Below are positions 16,959-25,573 of a DNA stretch of 34,283 nucleotides, in pieces. Made by a program: the position numbers and the translations under genes. Origin of the DNA: Candidatus Altimarinota bacterium (GTDB lineage Bacteria > Patescibacteriota > Gracilibacteria > UBA4473); the NCBI GenBank assembly GCA_027028725.1, contig JALVIB010000030.1:1-34283 (forward strand), written 5' to 3'. The notes beneath the pieces were generated by a model that worked only from the letters and a program-made list of their open reading frames with translations, searched no databases and was not told the DNA's origin. Position 1 is the stretch's first letter; each line of letters begins with the position of its first letter.

Positions 16959-18326
16959 TTACTTAACCTTTTGTCGTAAAAAGACGCCTTTGGGAATTTC
17001 TCTGTCGCATTTCATACTCGCTACTTTGTTATTATTTCCGCCGTGCAAAACCTGTACTTTTTCGTCTCCAAACATTAAATCCCCTGCTTTGAAAGAGAAA
17101 TCGTCCGCGATTTTCGGCATAACTACTTCAATTTCGTTGCCTTCCTGAATTCGGTTTTTGACCATAATCTCAACTCGTCCGTTTCCGCTTTTCAGCACAA
17201 TTCCGCAAAATTCTTTATCTGAAACTGACCGATTCGCCTCGTATTGAATGTCTCCTTCGCGCGGTTTTCCGTGCAAAAATCCCGGAAAAAATCCCCTGTT
17301 GGCAGTAGCGTGAAGTTCTTTCCAAAGCTCGGGATTAAACTTTTTTCCCGCGAAAATATCGTCCAAAGCTTGCCGATACGCTCGCCCAACCGTTGCTAAA
17401 TAATAAGCGGTTTTATTGCGTCCTTCAACTTTTAGCGAACAAACTCCCGCCTCAATAATTTCGTCTAAATACTCAATCATCGCCATATCTCGCGAACTCA
17501 TGATGTGTGTCCCGTGGAAATCTTCCTCAACTTTAATCAGTTCGCCTTGTCTTTTTTCTTCTTCAATTAAGTTTTCGGTTTCAAACTCGTGAATTTCGCG
17601 GGATTTTCCTTCTTTCGGTCCACAACAACCAGCTTTGGCATCGTAATGTTCTGTCACATCAACTTCGTTTTCGCCATCATAAACGCGATAATTCCAGCGA
17701 CAAGTATGATTACAAGTTCCGCGATTGGCGTCTCGTCCTCCCGTAAAATTAGAAAGCAAACACCGCCCCGAATACGCCATACAAACTGATCCATGCACGA
17801 AATACTCAAACTCCATATCCGGAATAAGTTTTTTAATTGTCGCCACTTCTTTAATCGACATTTCCCGCGCCGTAATAATCCGTTCCACGCCTAATTGTTG
17901 CCACATGCGAATAGCAGGCTCGTTCATGGTTGAAGTCTGCACGGAAAGATGTTTGGGAATATCTGGACAAATTTTATTCGCCAATGCTAGCACTCCCCAA
18001 TCGGCAAAAATAATCCCGTCTGGCTTAACTTCGTTTAAAAATTCTAAATGTTTTTTGGTCGCCCCAATCGCAAACTGATGCGGAAAAGCGTTCAAAGTCA
18101 CATAAACTTTCTTTCGTTGTCGTCCGTTGTTTTTTTCTTCTGGTAAACCACGCACATACTCAATAATTTCGCGGATATTATCCTCGGTAAAGTTGTTTTC
18201 GCGAGTTCGCAAAGAGAACATCGGGCACCCGCAGTAAATCGCGTCTGCTCCGTACCGAAAAGCCGTGTAAGCTTTCTCAATTGATCCCGCCGGCAAAAGT
18301 AATTCCGGTAACTCCTTTATTTTCAT
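16959..18326 (-). CDS. Peptidase U32 family protein (TrhP/YegQ-like tRNA hydroxylase)
   Basis: PELLLPAG, YGADAIY, HLSVQ, EYFVHGSVCMAYSGRCLLS, RDANRG.C...CRW.Y, SLKVEGR. Confidence 0.93.
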   Translation of the reverse strand: MKIKELPELLLPAGSIEKAYTAFRYGADAIYCGCPMFSLRTRENNFTEDNIREIIEYVRGLPEEKNNGRQRKKVYVTLNAFPHQFAIGATKKHLEFLNEVKPDGIIFADWGVLALANKICPDIPKHLSVQTSTMNEPAIRMWQQLGVERIITAREMSIKEVATIKKLIPDMEFEYFVHGSVCMAYSGRCLLSNFTGGRDANRGTCNHTCRWNYRVYDGENEVDVTEHYDAKAGCCGPKEGKSREIHEFETENLIEEEKRQGELIKVEEDFHGTHIMSSRDMAMIEYLDEIIEAGVCSLKVEGRNKTAYYLATVGRAYRQALDDIFAGKKFNPELWKELHATANRGFFPGFLHGKPREGDIQYEANRSVSDKEFCGIVLKSGNGRVEIMVKNRIQEGNEIEVVMPKIADDFSFKAGDLMFGDEKVQVLHGGNNNKVASMKCDREIPKGVFLRQKVK

Positions 18327-18403
18327 AGTAAAAAATTATTTCAAGCAGGCGGAATATAGCGAAAAAGCTAAAAAACTCAAAAGTAAAAAAATCCCGCGAA
18401 ATT

Positions 18404-19042
18404 TTATTGTACTTCCTTTAATTTAGAAAAAATCTCTTCACTAACTTCTTCTACGCTTTGCTCCCCATCAACGGAAATAAGTTTTCCTGCTTTTTCCCAT
18501 TCTTCCAAAAGTGGATAAGTGTATTCATCAAAGTTTTTTAGACGATTCATAATAGCGTCTGGATTGTCGTCTTTTCTTCGCGAGATATTTTCTGATCCAC
18601 ACACTGGACAAAGATCTTCGGGACTCCCGAAATTTGCCCCACAATCATTACATTTCGCGCGAATTAAAAGACGATTTAACGCTTCCTCATTGCTTAATTT
18701 GATTTCAATTACCACAAAATCCCGCGAATTTTTTGCCAAAAGTGCTTCCAAAGTCTCTCGTTGCACTTCTGATCGCGGAATTCCGTCAAAAATAACTGGT
18801 GTATTATTGTCTAAAGTTTTCAAGAAGTTTTCCACAATTTTCATCACAATATCGTTGGAAACGAGGTCTCCCCGACTGGTAATATCCAAAACTTCTCGCC
18901 CTAAATCTGTATCCTGCTGAGCAATCTCTCGTAAAGCCGCTCCTGTTTCAAAAATCTTAAACCCCAATTTTTTCGCGAGAATTTTCGCTTGTGTTCCTTT
19001 TCCCGAACCTTGTTTCCCGACGAGGATGATGTCTTTATGCAT
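18404..19042 (-). CDS. adk: Adenylate kinase with Zn-binding LID
   Basis: GKQGSGKGTQ, GDLVS, DGIPR, CxxC..CxxC, RKDD. Confidence 0.95.
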   Translation of the reverse strand: MHKDIILVGKQGSGKGTQAKILAKKLGFKIFETGAALREIAQQDTDLGREVLDITSRGDLVSNDIVMKIVENFLKTLDNNTPVIFDGIPRSEVQRETLEALLAKNSRDFVVIEIKLSNEEALNRLLIRAKCNDCGANFGSPEDLCPVCGSENISRRKDDNPDAIMNRLKNFDEYTYPLLEEWEKAGKLISVDGEQSVEEVSEEIFSKLKEVQ

Positions 19043-19082
19043 TATGTAGTTTTAAGATATTTACGCCGCCAAGAATGGCACG

Positions 19083-19111
19083 CCATCCGAAGCTCGCAGA
19101 GCGAAGGATGG
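19083..19111. repeat. Hairpin of the TCCGAAGC..GCGAAGGA family overlapping the tRNA CCA end
   Basis: CCATCC-GAA-GCTC-GCA-GAGC-GAA-GGATGG; resembles the 30-bp inserts at 11656 and 29073. Confidence 0.65.
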
Positions 19112-19183
19112 TGGGTCGGGAGAGGATCGAACTCTCGGCCAACTGGTTAAGAGCCAGATGCTCTACCACTGAGCTACCGACCC
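19109..19183 (-). tRNA. tRNA-Lys(CTT)
   Basis: GGGTCGGTAGCTCAGTGGTAGAGCATCTGGCTCTTAACCAGTTGGCCGAGAGTTCGATCCTCTCCCGACCCACCA; cloverleaf with CTT anticodon. Confidence 0.93.
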
Positions 19184-19263
19184 ACGCACTCGCATTTTGT
19201 CTTTTTTTCAAAAATTTTCAAGAAAATCCCGCGAAATTTTGAATATTTCTCAATTCCGCTATA

Positions 19264-19836
19264 TTGCCAAAGATGAATTCTGAATATCTGCAAAAATACG
19301 CGCGAAATTTTCCCATCACGACAATTCTTTTGCTGATTAATCTGGTTATTTTCTTTCATAATCAAGTCAGTTATCCCTTTGTGGCGATGCCCGGAGTGAT
19401 TAATTTAAACTCTTTTTTGGCAAACTTTTCACACATTGGGCTAATGCACTTTGGATTTAATATGCTGGTTTTATGGCAAATTTCCCCACTCATTGAAGTA
19501 AAATTTCGCCACCGCCTTGCGGGGCGCAGCGGGATTTTCTATGCGGGAATAATTTTGGCAATTGCGAGTTTGATAACTTTGGGGGTGGCGAAATTTTCTA
19601 ATTATCCGACGCTGGGTTTTTCGGGAATTGGACTGGGAATGATGATTTTCGCGGGATTTTTGTACTGGAAAAATAAACATATTGCCAAACAACTTCTCGG
19701 CTGGGCAGTAGCAAATATTGTATTGGGATTGACTCCAGGGATTTCTTTTGCCGGACATTTCATCGGTGCTTTGGCTGGAGCTTTAATTTTTGGGGTTATT
19801 TATTTTGTTTTTCCCAAAAACGAAAAATCATTCTAA
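19264..19836 (+). CDS. Rhomboid intramembrane serine protease
   Basis: FSHIGLMHFGFNM, GFSG (catalytic Ser), ISFAGHFIGALAG (catalytic His). The real start may be ATG 19273. Confidence 0.92.
   Translation: MPKMNSEYLQKYARNFPITTILLLINLVIFFHNQVSYPFVAMPGVINLNSFLANFSHIGLMHFGFNMLVLWQISPLIEVKFRHRLAGRSGIFYAGIILAIASLITLGVAKFSNYPTLGFSGIGLGMMIFAGFLYWKNKHIAKQLLGWAVANIVLGLTPGISFAGHFIGALAGALIFGVIYFVFPKNEKSF
19510..19530. mobile_element. 21-bp small dispersed element inserted in the core motif
   Basis: AAATTTCGC[CACCGCCTTGCGGGGCGCAGC]GGGATTTT, giving FR[HRLAGRS]GI. Confidence 0.85.
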
Positions 19837-19854
19837 AATCCGCTCCTTTTTTGT

Positions 19855-19950
19855 TCTCCCCCTAGCAGGGGGAGAGCGAGGAGGTAGAAAAAAATATTAA
19901 GAAAGAATCTATAACATACCCCTCCTAACATCCCCTGCAAGGGGAGGAAT
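19855..19950. repeat. Inverted pair of C/G-run REP-like hairpins
   Basis: TCTCCCCCTAGCAGGGGGAGA...GAGGAGGTA and TACCCCTCCTAACATCCCCTGCAAGGGGA. Confidence 0.65.
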
Positions 19951-20079
19951 TCAAGCCCCCACAATTTAGAAAGAATAAACTAGAAAATCCCGCAATTTAA
20001 GTTTTATTCCACGAAGAATGAGTGGCTAAATAAAACTAATGCCGATTTAAAAAGAATGAAATTAAATTCTCGGTAAATT

Positions 20080-20108
20080 TTGACTTTCCCGCGAAAAAAA
20101 AAGATAAT
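20080..20108 (+). promoter_or_regulatory. Putative mscS promoter with the core motif in its spacer
   Basis: TTGACT, spacer TTCCCGCGAAAAAAAAA (17 bp), GATAAT. Confidence 0.55.
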
Positions 20109-20136
20109 TTAGTTGTAATTTAAAAAAAATACAAAA

Positions 20137-20955
20137 ATGAATATTGATCTAGATTTTGCGAAATATAAAGAACTTTTTATTGAAGGTGCTATAAACTATT
20201 TACCAAAACTTGTCTTGGCTTTTTTGGTGCTATGGCTTGGATTTAAAATCATTAAAATTATCATCAAAGCGCTACATAAATTGATGATTAAACAAAAAAT
20301 TGATGTAGCGGCACGCGGATTTTTGGAAAGTCTGATTTCAATCACTCTCAAAATCATTGTTTTCATTATTTTCGCGGGAATTTTAGGTATGCCGATGACC
20401 TCTTTTGTAGCGATTTTGGGGGCGGCTGGTTTGGCAATTGGTCTGTCTTTGCAAGGAAGTCTCGCGAATTTTGCGGGAGGGGTTTTGATTTTGCTTTTTG
20501 AGCCATTTAAAATCGGGGATTATATCGCAACAAGCTCCCACAGCGGGATAGTGGAGAAAATCACGATTTTTAATACTACTTTAGTCACCCTAGATAATAA
20601 AAATATTATTATCCCCAACGGAGATTTGTCGAATAAGGAAATCACCAATTATACTGCTAAAAAAACGCGACGAATTGATATGGTTTTTGGCGTGAGTTAT
20701 GATGACGATTTGGCAAAAGTTCGCGGGATTTTGGAAAAAATCATCAAAGAAGATAAACGAATCCTCAAAGATCCTGAACCGATGGTTGTGGTGGGGGAAC
20801 TCGCGGATAGTTCAGTTAATTTTTTCGTCCGTCCGTGGTGCAAAACTGATGATTACTGGGATATCAAATTTGATTTTATTGAGAAGGTCAAAAACGAATT
20901 TGATAAAGCTAAAATCACCATTCCGTATCCGCAGATGGATGTGCATATGAAATAA
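20137..20955 (+). CDS. mscS: Small-conductance mechanosensitive channel
   Basis: GAAGLAIGLSLQGSLANFAGG, PFKIGD, IPNG, LADSSVNF, IPYPQ. Confidence 0.95.
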   Translation: MNIDLDFAKYKELFIEGAINYLPKLVLAFLVLWLGFKIIKIIIKALHKLMIKQKIDVAARGFLESLISITLKIIVFIIFAGILGMPMTSFVAILGAAGLAIGLSLQGSLANFAGGVLILLFEPFKIGDYIATSSHSGIVEKITIFNTTLVTLDNKNIIIPNGDLSNKEITNYTAKKTRRIDMVFGVSYDDDLAKVRGILEKIIKEDKRILKDPEPMVVVGELADSSVNFFVRPWCKTDDYWDIKFDFIEKVKNEFDKAKITIPYPQMDVHMK

Positions 20956-20969
20956 AATCCCGCGAAATT

Positions 20970-21752
20970 ATGAAAAAAAATAATGCTTTCACTCTTATTG
21001 AATTACTAGTAGTGATTGTCATTATCGGGATTCTGGCAACGATTTCTGTTGTTGCTTATGGCGGATATCAAGAAAAAGCCAGAATTGCAAAAGCCCAAGC
21101 TTTTGCTAAAGATTCCAATATACAAATGCTGGCTGCTCATACGGAAAAGGAATCTTCCATGTTTGGGCATTGGAATTTTGATGGGAGTGATCCAAATGTC
21201 GCCATTGATTATTCTGGAGAAGGACATAATTTAGTTAAAAACACCACAAATATAACATTAGCAGAAAGAGTCTTAGATACTCCAACAGGGATTGGACTTG
21301 CTACTCGAGCTATTTCTAATTATTATGTTTACCACGATCCAAGTGGTACTACTTTTAATGTAGCAGATGGTGGCGGAGTAACATTAAATGGTTGGTTTAA
21401 GGTAGAAGATTTTTCCTCCGCATCTTCCATTCTATTATTTGCAAACAACAAATATCATCTACGCATATATAATAACGGAGTTATTAAGTTTGGAGTAAAT
21501 ACAGAAAATGGCTTAAAGGATATAACTACCCCGTCTAATTCTTTTAAACATAATAAATGGTACTTTGTTTTGGCTACTTATGATGAAGATAGAGGATTAA
21601 TGAAGATATACCTTGATGGAGAATTAGTAAAAAAAGACACACACTCAGGAAAAATTATAGAATTCCCAGGAACAAACCTTGCCTACACTTACGGAAATAC
21701 GTTGTTATTCGATGACTTTTACAAATGGACAATCCCTTATCGTTCCAAATAA
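20970..21752 (+). CDS. Type IV pilin with C-terminal LamG/concanavalin-like domain
   Basis: A|FTLIELLVVIVIIGILA, KAR.AK; then HWNFD..A.DYSG..H, TL.GWFK, W.FV.ATYD...KIYLDG. Confidence 0.9.
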   Translation: MKKNNAFTLIELLVVIVIIGILATISVVAYGGYQEKARIAKAQAFAKDSNIQMLAAHTEKESSMFGHWNFDGSDPNVAIDYSGEGHNLVKNTTNITLAERVLDTPTGIGLATRAISNYYVYHDPSGTTFNVADGGGVTLNGWFKVEDFSSASSILLFANNKYHLRIYNNGVIKFGVNTENGLKDITTPSNSFKHNKWYFVLATYDEDRGLMKIYLDGELVKKDTHSGKIIEFPGTNLAYTYGNTLLFDDFYKWTIPYRSK

Positions 21753-21767
21753 TTTCCCGCGAAATTT

Positions 21768-22760
21768 TTACAAAAAGATATTAAAAGCGTAACCGATAAT
21801 AATTATTCCCAAAGTTACAATTCCAAAAAATATCGCGAGAAGTTGCCATTTCAGAACTTTTTTGAGAATAAACGCTTCCGGTAAAGAAATCCCAACAATC
21901 GCCATCATCAAAGCCAAAGCCGTCCCCAGCGGAACTCCTTTCGCGACTAATGACTGAATAATCGGAATAACTCCACTGGCGTTGGAATACAGCGGAACGG
22001 CGAGTAAAACCGCGAGCGGAACTCCCCACCAACCGGCTTTTTGTAGATATTTTTCAAAAAATCCCTGCGGGACAAAGCCGTGAATAAATCCTCCCAAAGC
22101 GACTCCGCCCAGCACATACCACATAATTTTTCGCGTGATTTCAAAAGCTTCCGCTGATATTTTTTTCCAGACTTGGCGAAACAAAATTTCGCCACCGCCT
22201 TGCGGGGCGCAGCGGGATTTTGCTTTTTTGTGTTCAGAATGAACTTTCCAGACAAAATCTGCCACATATTTTTCTAAATTTAGTTTTCCCATAATAAATC
22301 CGCCCAACATTCCGATGAAAATTCCCGCGAAAATATACGCCAAAGTTATTTTCAAGCCGAACATTCCGATGAATAAGGCAATCGCGACTTCGTTAATCAG
22401 TGGCGAAGTTATCAAAAACGCAAAAGTCACGCCGAGCGGAATCCGCGCTTCGATAAATCCCATAAATAATGGAATCGACGAACACGAACAAAACGGCGTA
22501 ATCGCCCCAAAAATTGTCGCGAGAAAATAATCTAGTCCGTAAAATTTGTGCTTGGAGAGAAAATCTCGGAGTTTTTCAATCGGCAAATAATACCGCATCA
22601 AACTCATTAAGTGTGTGATGATAATTATCAGGAACAAAATTTTCAGCGAATCGTAGATGAAAAAATTCAACGCCTCAGCGAGATGCGTCCCTTTTTCGAG
22701 AGCAAACAGGTCAAAAGTTAGGTAATTCGCCAGCCATTCAAACGGATAAAAGATATTCAT
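21768..22760 (-). CDS. Permease, DUF318/ArsP-like
   Basis: ITPFCSCSSIP, FLITSPLINEVA, GVPLGTALA.MMA..G.SLPE. Confidence 0.9.
   Translation of the reverse strand: MNIFYPFEWLANYLTFDLFALEKGTHLAEALNFFIYDSLKILFLIIIITHLMSLMRYYLPIEKLRDFLSKHKFYGLDYFLATIFGAITPFCSCSSIPLFMGFIEARIPLGVTFAFLITSPLINEVAIALFIGMFGLKITLAYIFAGIFIGMLGGFIMGKLNLEKYVADFVWKVHSEHKKAKSRCAPQGGGEILFRQVWKKISAEAFEITRKIMWYVLGGVALGGFIHGFVPQGFFEKYLQKAGWWGVPLAVLLAVPLYSNASGVIPIIQSLVAKGVPLGTALALMMAIVGISLPEAFILKKVLKWQLLAIFFGIVTLGIIIIGYAFNIFL
22193..22213. mobile_element. 21-bp small dispersed element inserted in the core motif
   Basis: AAAATTTCGC[CACCGCCTTGCGGGGCGCAGC]GGGATTTT, giving KSR[CAPQGGG]E. Confidence 0.85.
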
Positions 22761-22778
22761 GGGTTATTTTTTTAAAAA

Positions 22779-23675
22779 TTAATTACAGTGATGACAATTA
22801 GAAAATTTCGCGGGATTTTGAGGAACAATTTGTATGGTTGTATGTTTAATCTCGTAGTTCTTATGAAGTAAATTTTGAGCTTTTGCTAAAATTTCTTCTA
22901 AATCTCCCAAATTTTTAATTTGCAAATGAACTGAAAGCATCGGCAAATGCGAACTTTCCAACCAAATATGCAAATCACTAACTTTTTCTACTCCTTTAAT
23001 ATTTTCTAAATCTTTTCGTACTTTTTCATAATCAATATTTTCCGGCACAGAATCGATTAAAGCGTTCACCGTTTCTTTAATTAAGTGATAAATACTTTTC
23101 GCGAGAAAAAGAGAAATAAAAATAGAAATAATCGGATCAATAATATTCCAACCAGTAAAATGAATAATAATTGCGCCAACAATAACGCCCAAGGACAGCA
23201 AGGCATCTTGTAAAGAATGTAGCCAAACCGCTTTCATGTTTGTATTATTTTGAGAATCCCGCAAAAGAATCCAAGTTGCCAAACCATTCCCAAGTACTGC
23301 TACAATTCCTACATAAAACATCTGCGAACTAATAACTTCGGCTGGACTAAATAATCGCAAAACTCCTTCATAGAAAATATAAATAGTTGCCAACATTAAA
23401 ATGAGTCCATTCACAAAAGCGGTCACAAATTCTATTTTTTTATAACCATATGTTTTTGTATTATTCGCGGGTTTTACCGCTGTTTTTTCTGAAATATAGC
23501 CCAAAACCATAGAAGAAATATCTGTGATATTGTGAAAGGCATCTGAAATCAGTGCCAAACTATTTGATAGAATTCCTAGAATAATTTCAAAAATCACAAT
23601 TCCGATATTGATAACAATCGCCAGAATTAAACGAGAAAGTGTTTTGGGAGTTTCGTGAGTGTGCGAATGAGACAT
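22779..23675 (-). CDS. Cation diffusion facilitator (CzcD/ZitB-like)
   Basis: His-rich N-terminus, SLALISDAFHNITD, TYGY...E, WLHSLQD, DLHIW, HTTIQ. Confidence 0.93.
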   Translation of the reverse strand: MSHSHTHETPKTLSRLILAIVINIGIVIFEIILGILSNSLALISDAFHNITDISSMVLGYISEKTAVKPANNTKTYGYKKIEFVTAFVNGLILMLATIYIFYEGVLRLFSPAEVISSQMFYVGIVAVLGNGLATWILLRDSQNNTNMKAVWLHSLQDALLSLGVIVGAIIIHFTGWNIIDPIISIFISLFLAKSIYHLIKETVNALIDSVPENIDYEKVRKDLENIKGVEKVSDLHIWLESSHLPMLSVHLQIKNLGDLEEILAKAQNLLHKNYEIKHTTIQIVPQNPAKFSNCHHCN

Positions 23676-23806
23676 AGTATTTTTTTAAGAATTTAATTTT
23701 TTCGCGGGAATTTTAATAATTTCGCGGGATTTTGGAATTTAAGCTATTGATTTTCTGTTTTTCCAGAAGAAGAAAGGAAATTGAACATTTACAAGAAATT
23801 AGTATA

Positions 23807-23984
23807 GGAAACTCTGATAAATAAAAAATCTATGCGATAAAAGAATGTTATAAGCGCTTCATCTTTTTGGTTAATTTTCCCTCGAAATAGCGATTTCCGT
23901 AGCCCGCTACGAAAATCAATTTCTCGAAAAAATTATCTCAAAAATCTTAAAATTTTTTGTTTTGCGTTATTTATCAGAGTTTCC
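23807..23984. mobile_element. 178-bp MITE with 18-bp terminal inverted repeats flanked by TA
   Basis: TA|GGAAACTCTGATAAATAA ... TTATTTATCAGAGTTTCC|TA with a central hairpin CGTAGC-CC-GCTACG; partial second copy at 29790-29835. Confidence 0.85.
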
Positions 23985-24017
23985 TATATTTAAAATGTAA
24001 GATTTTAACTCAAACTT

Positions 24018-24794
24018 ATGATTAAAAAAGGTAATTCTATAGTTCTTTTTCACGAAAAACAAGTTCGTCGTTATTGGGATGAGGAAAAAGAACTTTGGTA
24101 TTTTTCGGTTATTGATGTAATTGCGATTTTGACAGAAAGCACAAATCCAAGAAAATATTGGAGTGTCCTAAAAACAAGGCTTAAAAAAGAAGGAAGTGAA
24201 GTGGCTACAAATTGTAGCCGTTTGAAATTGTTAGCAAGTGACGGAAAAATGAGAATGACCGATGTTGCTGATACGCAAACGCTTTTAAGGCTTATTCAAT
24301 CTATTCCGTCTCCTAAAGCTGAACCTTTAAAAATTTGGTTAGCACAAGTTGGGTATGAAAGAATAGAAGAAACCGAAGATCCAGAACTTGCTTTTGAAAG
24401 GGCAATGCGAACTTATTTACAAAAAGGATATTCCAAAGAATGGATAAATCAGAGATTAAAAACAATCGAAGTTCGTAAAGAACTTACAGATGAATGGAAA
24501 GAGCGAGGTGTAAAAGAAGGATTAGAATTTGCAATTCTTACAAATGAAATTACAAAAGCATGGTCAGGAAAGTCTGTAAAAGCATATAAAAAATTTAAAG
24601 GACTTAAAAAAGAGAATTTACGAGACAATATGACAAATCTTGAATTGATTCTAAACATGTTAGCCGAAGCTACAACAACAGAAATTTCCAAAAAGAAACA
24701 ACCCAAAAATTTTCAGCAAAGCAAAAAGGAAACTAAAATAATTCTACAAACCAAGGAAACTCTGATGGAAATCACCCCATCAAAATTTCCTTAA
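24018..24794 (+). CDS. BRO-N domain protein (phage antirepressor-like), C-terminus possibly truncated
   Basis: VRRYWD....WYFSVIDVI..LT, LKL.A.DGK.R.TD, IQSIPSPKAEP.K.WLA..G.ER, LRDNMT..EL. Confidence 0.88.
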   Translation: MIKKGNSIVLFHEKQVRRYWDEEKELWYFSVIDVIAILTESTNPRKYWSVLKTRLKKEGSEVATNCSRLKLLASDGKMRMTDVADTQTLLRLIQSIPSPKAEPLKIWLAQVGYERIEETEDPELAFERAMRTYLQKGYSKEWINQRLKTIEVRKELTDEWKERGVKEGLEFAILTNEITKAWSGKSVKAYKKFKGLKKENLRDNMTNLELILNMLAEATTTEISKKKQPKNFQQSKKETKIILQTKETLMEITPSKFP

Positions 24795-24942
24795 CTTAAG
24801 ATAAAAATTTCGCGGGATTTTGGAATTTAAACTCTTGCATTTGAGAAAAATATAAAATAGTATTCACCTGACTAAGAACTATTTAAAGTTTGGATAAATT
24901 CTAGTTATCGGAAATAAATTTTATTCTTACAAATATCTAAAT

Positions 24943-25365
24943 ATGAACATTTTCATTCAATACTTTTTAGCCCCAATAACTACAGGAGTGATTATATTCA
25001 TCGCTCAATTCTTTTTACTTCCAAAACTTGAGAGAAACAAAGTTGCTCAAGTTGAATTATGGAGAGAGAAAAAAGATGTATTTATTAAGTCAGTTGAATT
25101 AATAGACGAAAAATATCAGTCTCTTGACTTTGGAAAGGGACACAAAACCACTTTCAGCAAACCAATGGAAGTTAACAAGATATATACAAGATTGCTTATA
25201 CTAAGTGAAAATCAGAAAATACCAGATAAGTTTTGGAAATTTTTTGATAATTCTGTTTTAAAATACACTCCTGCTGAAAGAGGTGAGTTTATTCTACTTC
25301 TTCAAAAAGAACTGGGGCTAAAAAGCGATACTAGACCTAATGAGATTCCTTATATATTCGAATAA
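24943..25365 (+). CDS. Hypothetical protein with N-terminal TM helix (cassette ORF)
   Basis: 140-aa ORF, AT-rich, hydrophobic residues ~3-27; no recognised family. Confidence 0.75.
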   Translation: MNIFIQYFLAPITTGVIIFIAQFFLLPKLERNKVAQVELWREKKDVFIKSVELIDEKYQSLDFGKGHKTTFSKPMEVNKIYTRLLILSENQKIPDKFWKFFDNSVLKYTPAERGEFILLLQKELGLKSDTRPNEIPYIFE

Positions 25366-25375
25366 AATTTACATC

Positions 25376-25520
25376 CGATAACAAAGTATATGAGGTTCAA
25401 GAAAAAGTGCGTTAATAATTTTCAAAGGTTGCGCTTTTTCTTTTACCCAAATTTCGCCTCCTTTTATGATAAACTTAATAAGGAAGTCGGCGAAACTTCT
25501 CATATACTGAAACGTTAAAT
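25376..25520 (+). other. attC-like recombination site (~145 bp)
   Basis: R'' CGATAAC; AGTATATGAG (25385-94) pairs with CTCATATACT (25499-508); R' GTTAAAT; internal hairpins AAGAAAAAGTGC/GCGCTTTTTCTT and TTTCGCC/GGCGAAA. Confidence 0.75.
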
Positions 25521-25573
25521 TTCCCGCGAAATTTCTTGTTATCTCGTGAGCTTGTGAACTCGTAAACTATTTT

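Larger units (their letters stand above)
24904..25520 (+). mobile_element. Lone integron gene cassette (GTT core site to attC)
   Basis: Starts GTTATCGGA (24904), complementary to TCCGATAAC (25374-25382) just after the ORF stop; the attC ends at GTTAAAT (25514-25520). Confidence 0.75.

Noticed and set aside
20970-21752. Diversity-generating retroelement target
   Set aside because: No reverse transcriptase and no template/variable repeat pair visible in the window.
24018-25365. Prophage
   Set aside because: Only a BRO-N gene; no integrase, structural or replication genes.
25495-25520. dif/XerCD site (ends GTTAAAT)
   Set aside because: Arm spacing is 2 bp short and the XerD arm is poor; better explained as the attC right end.
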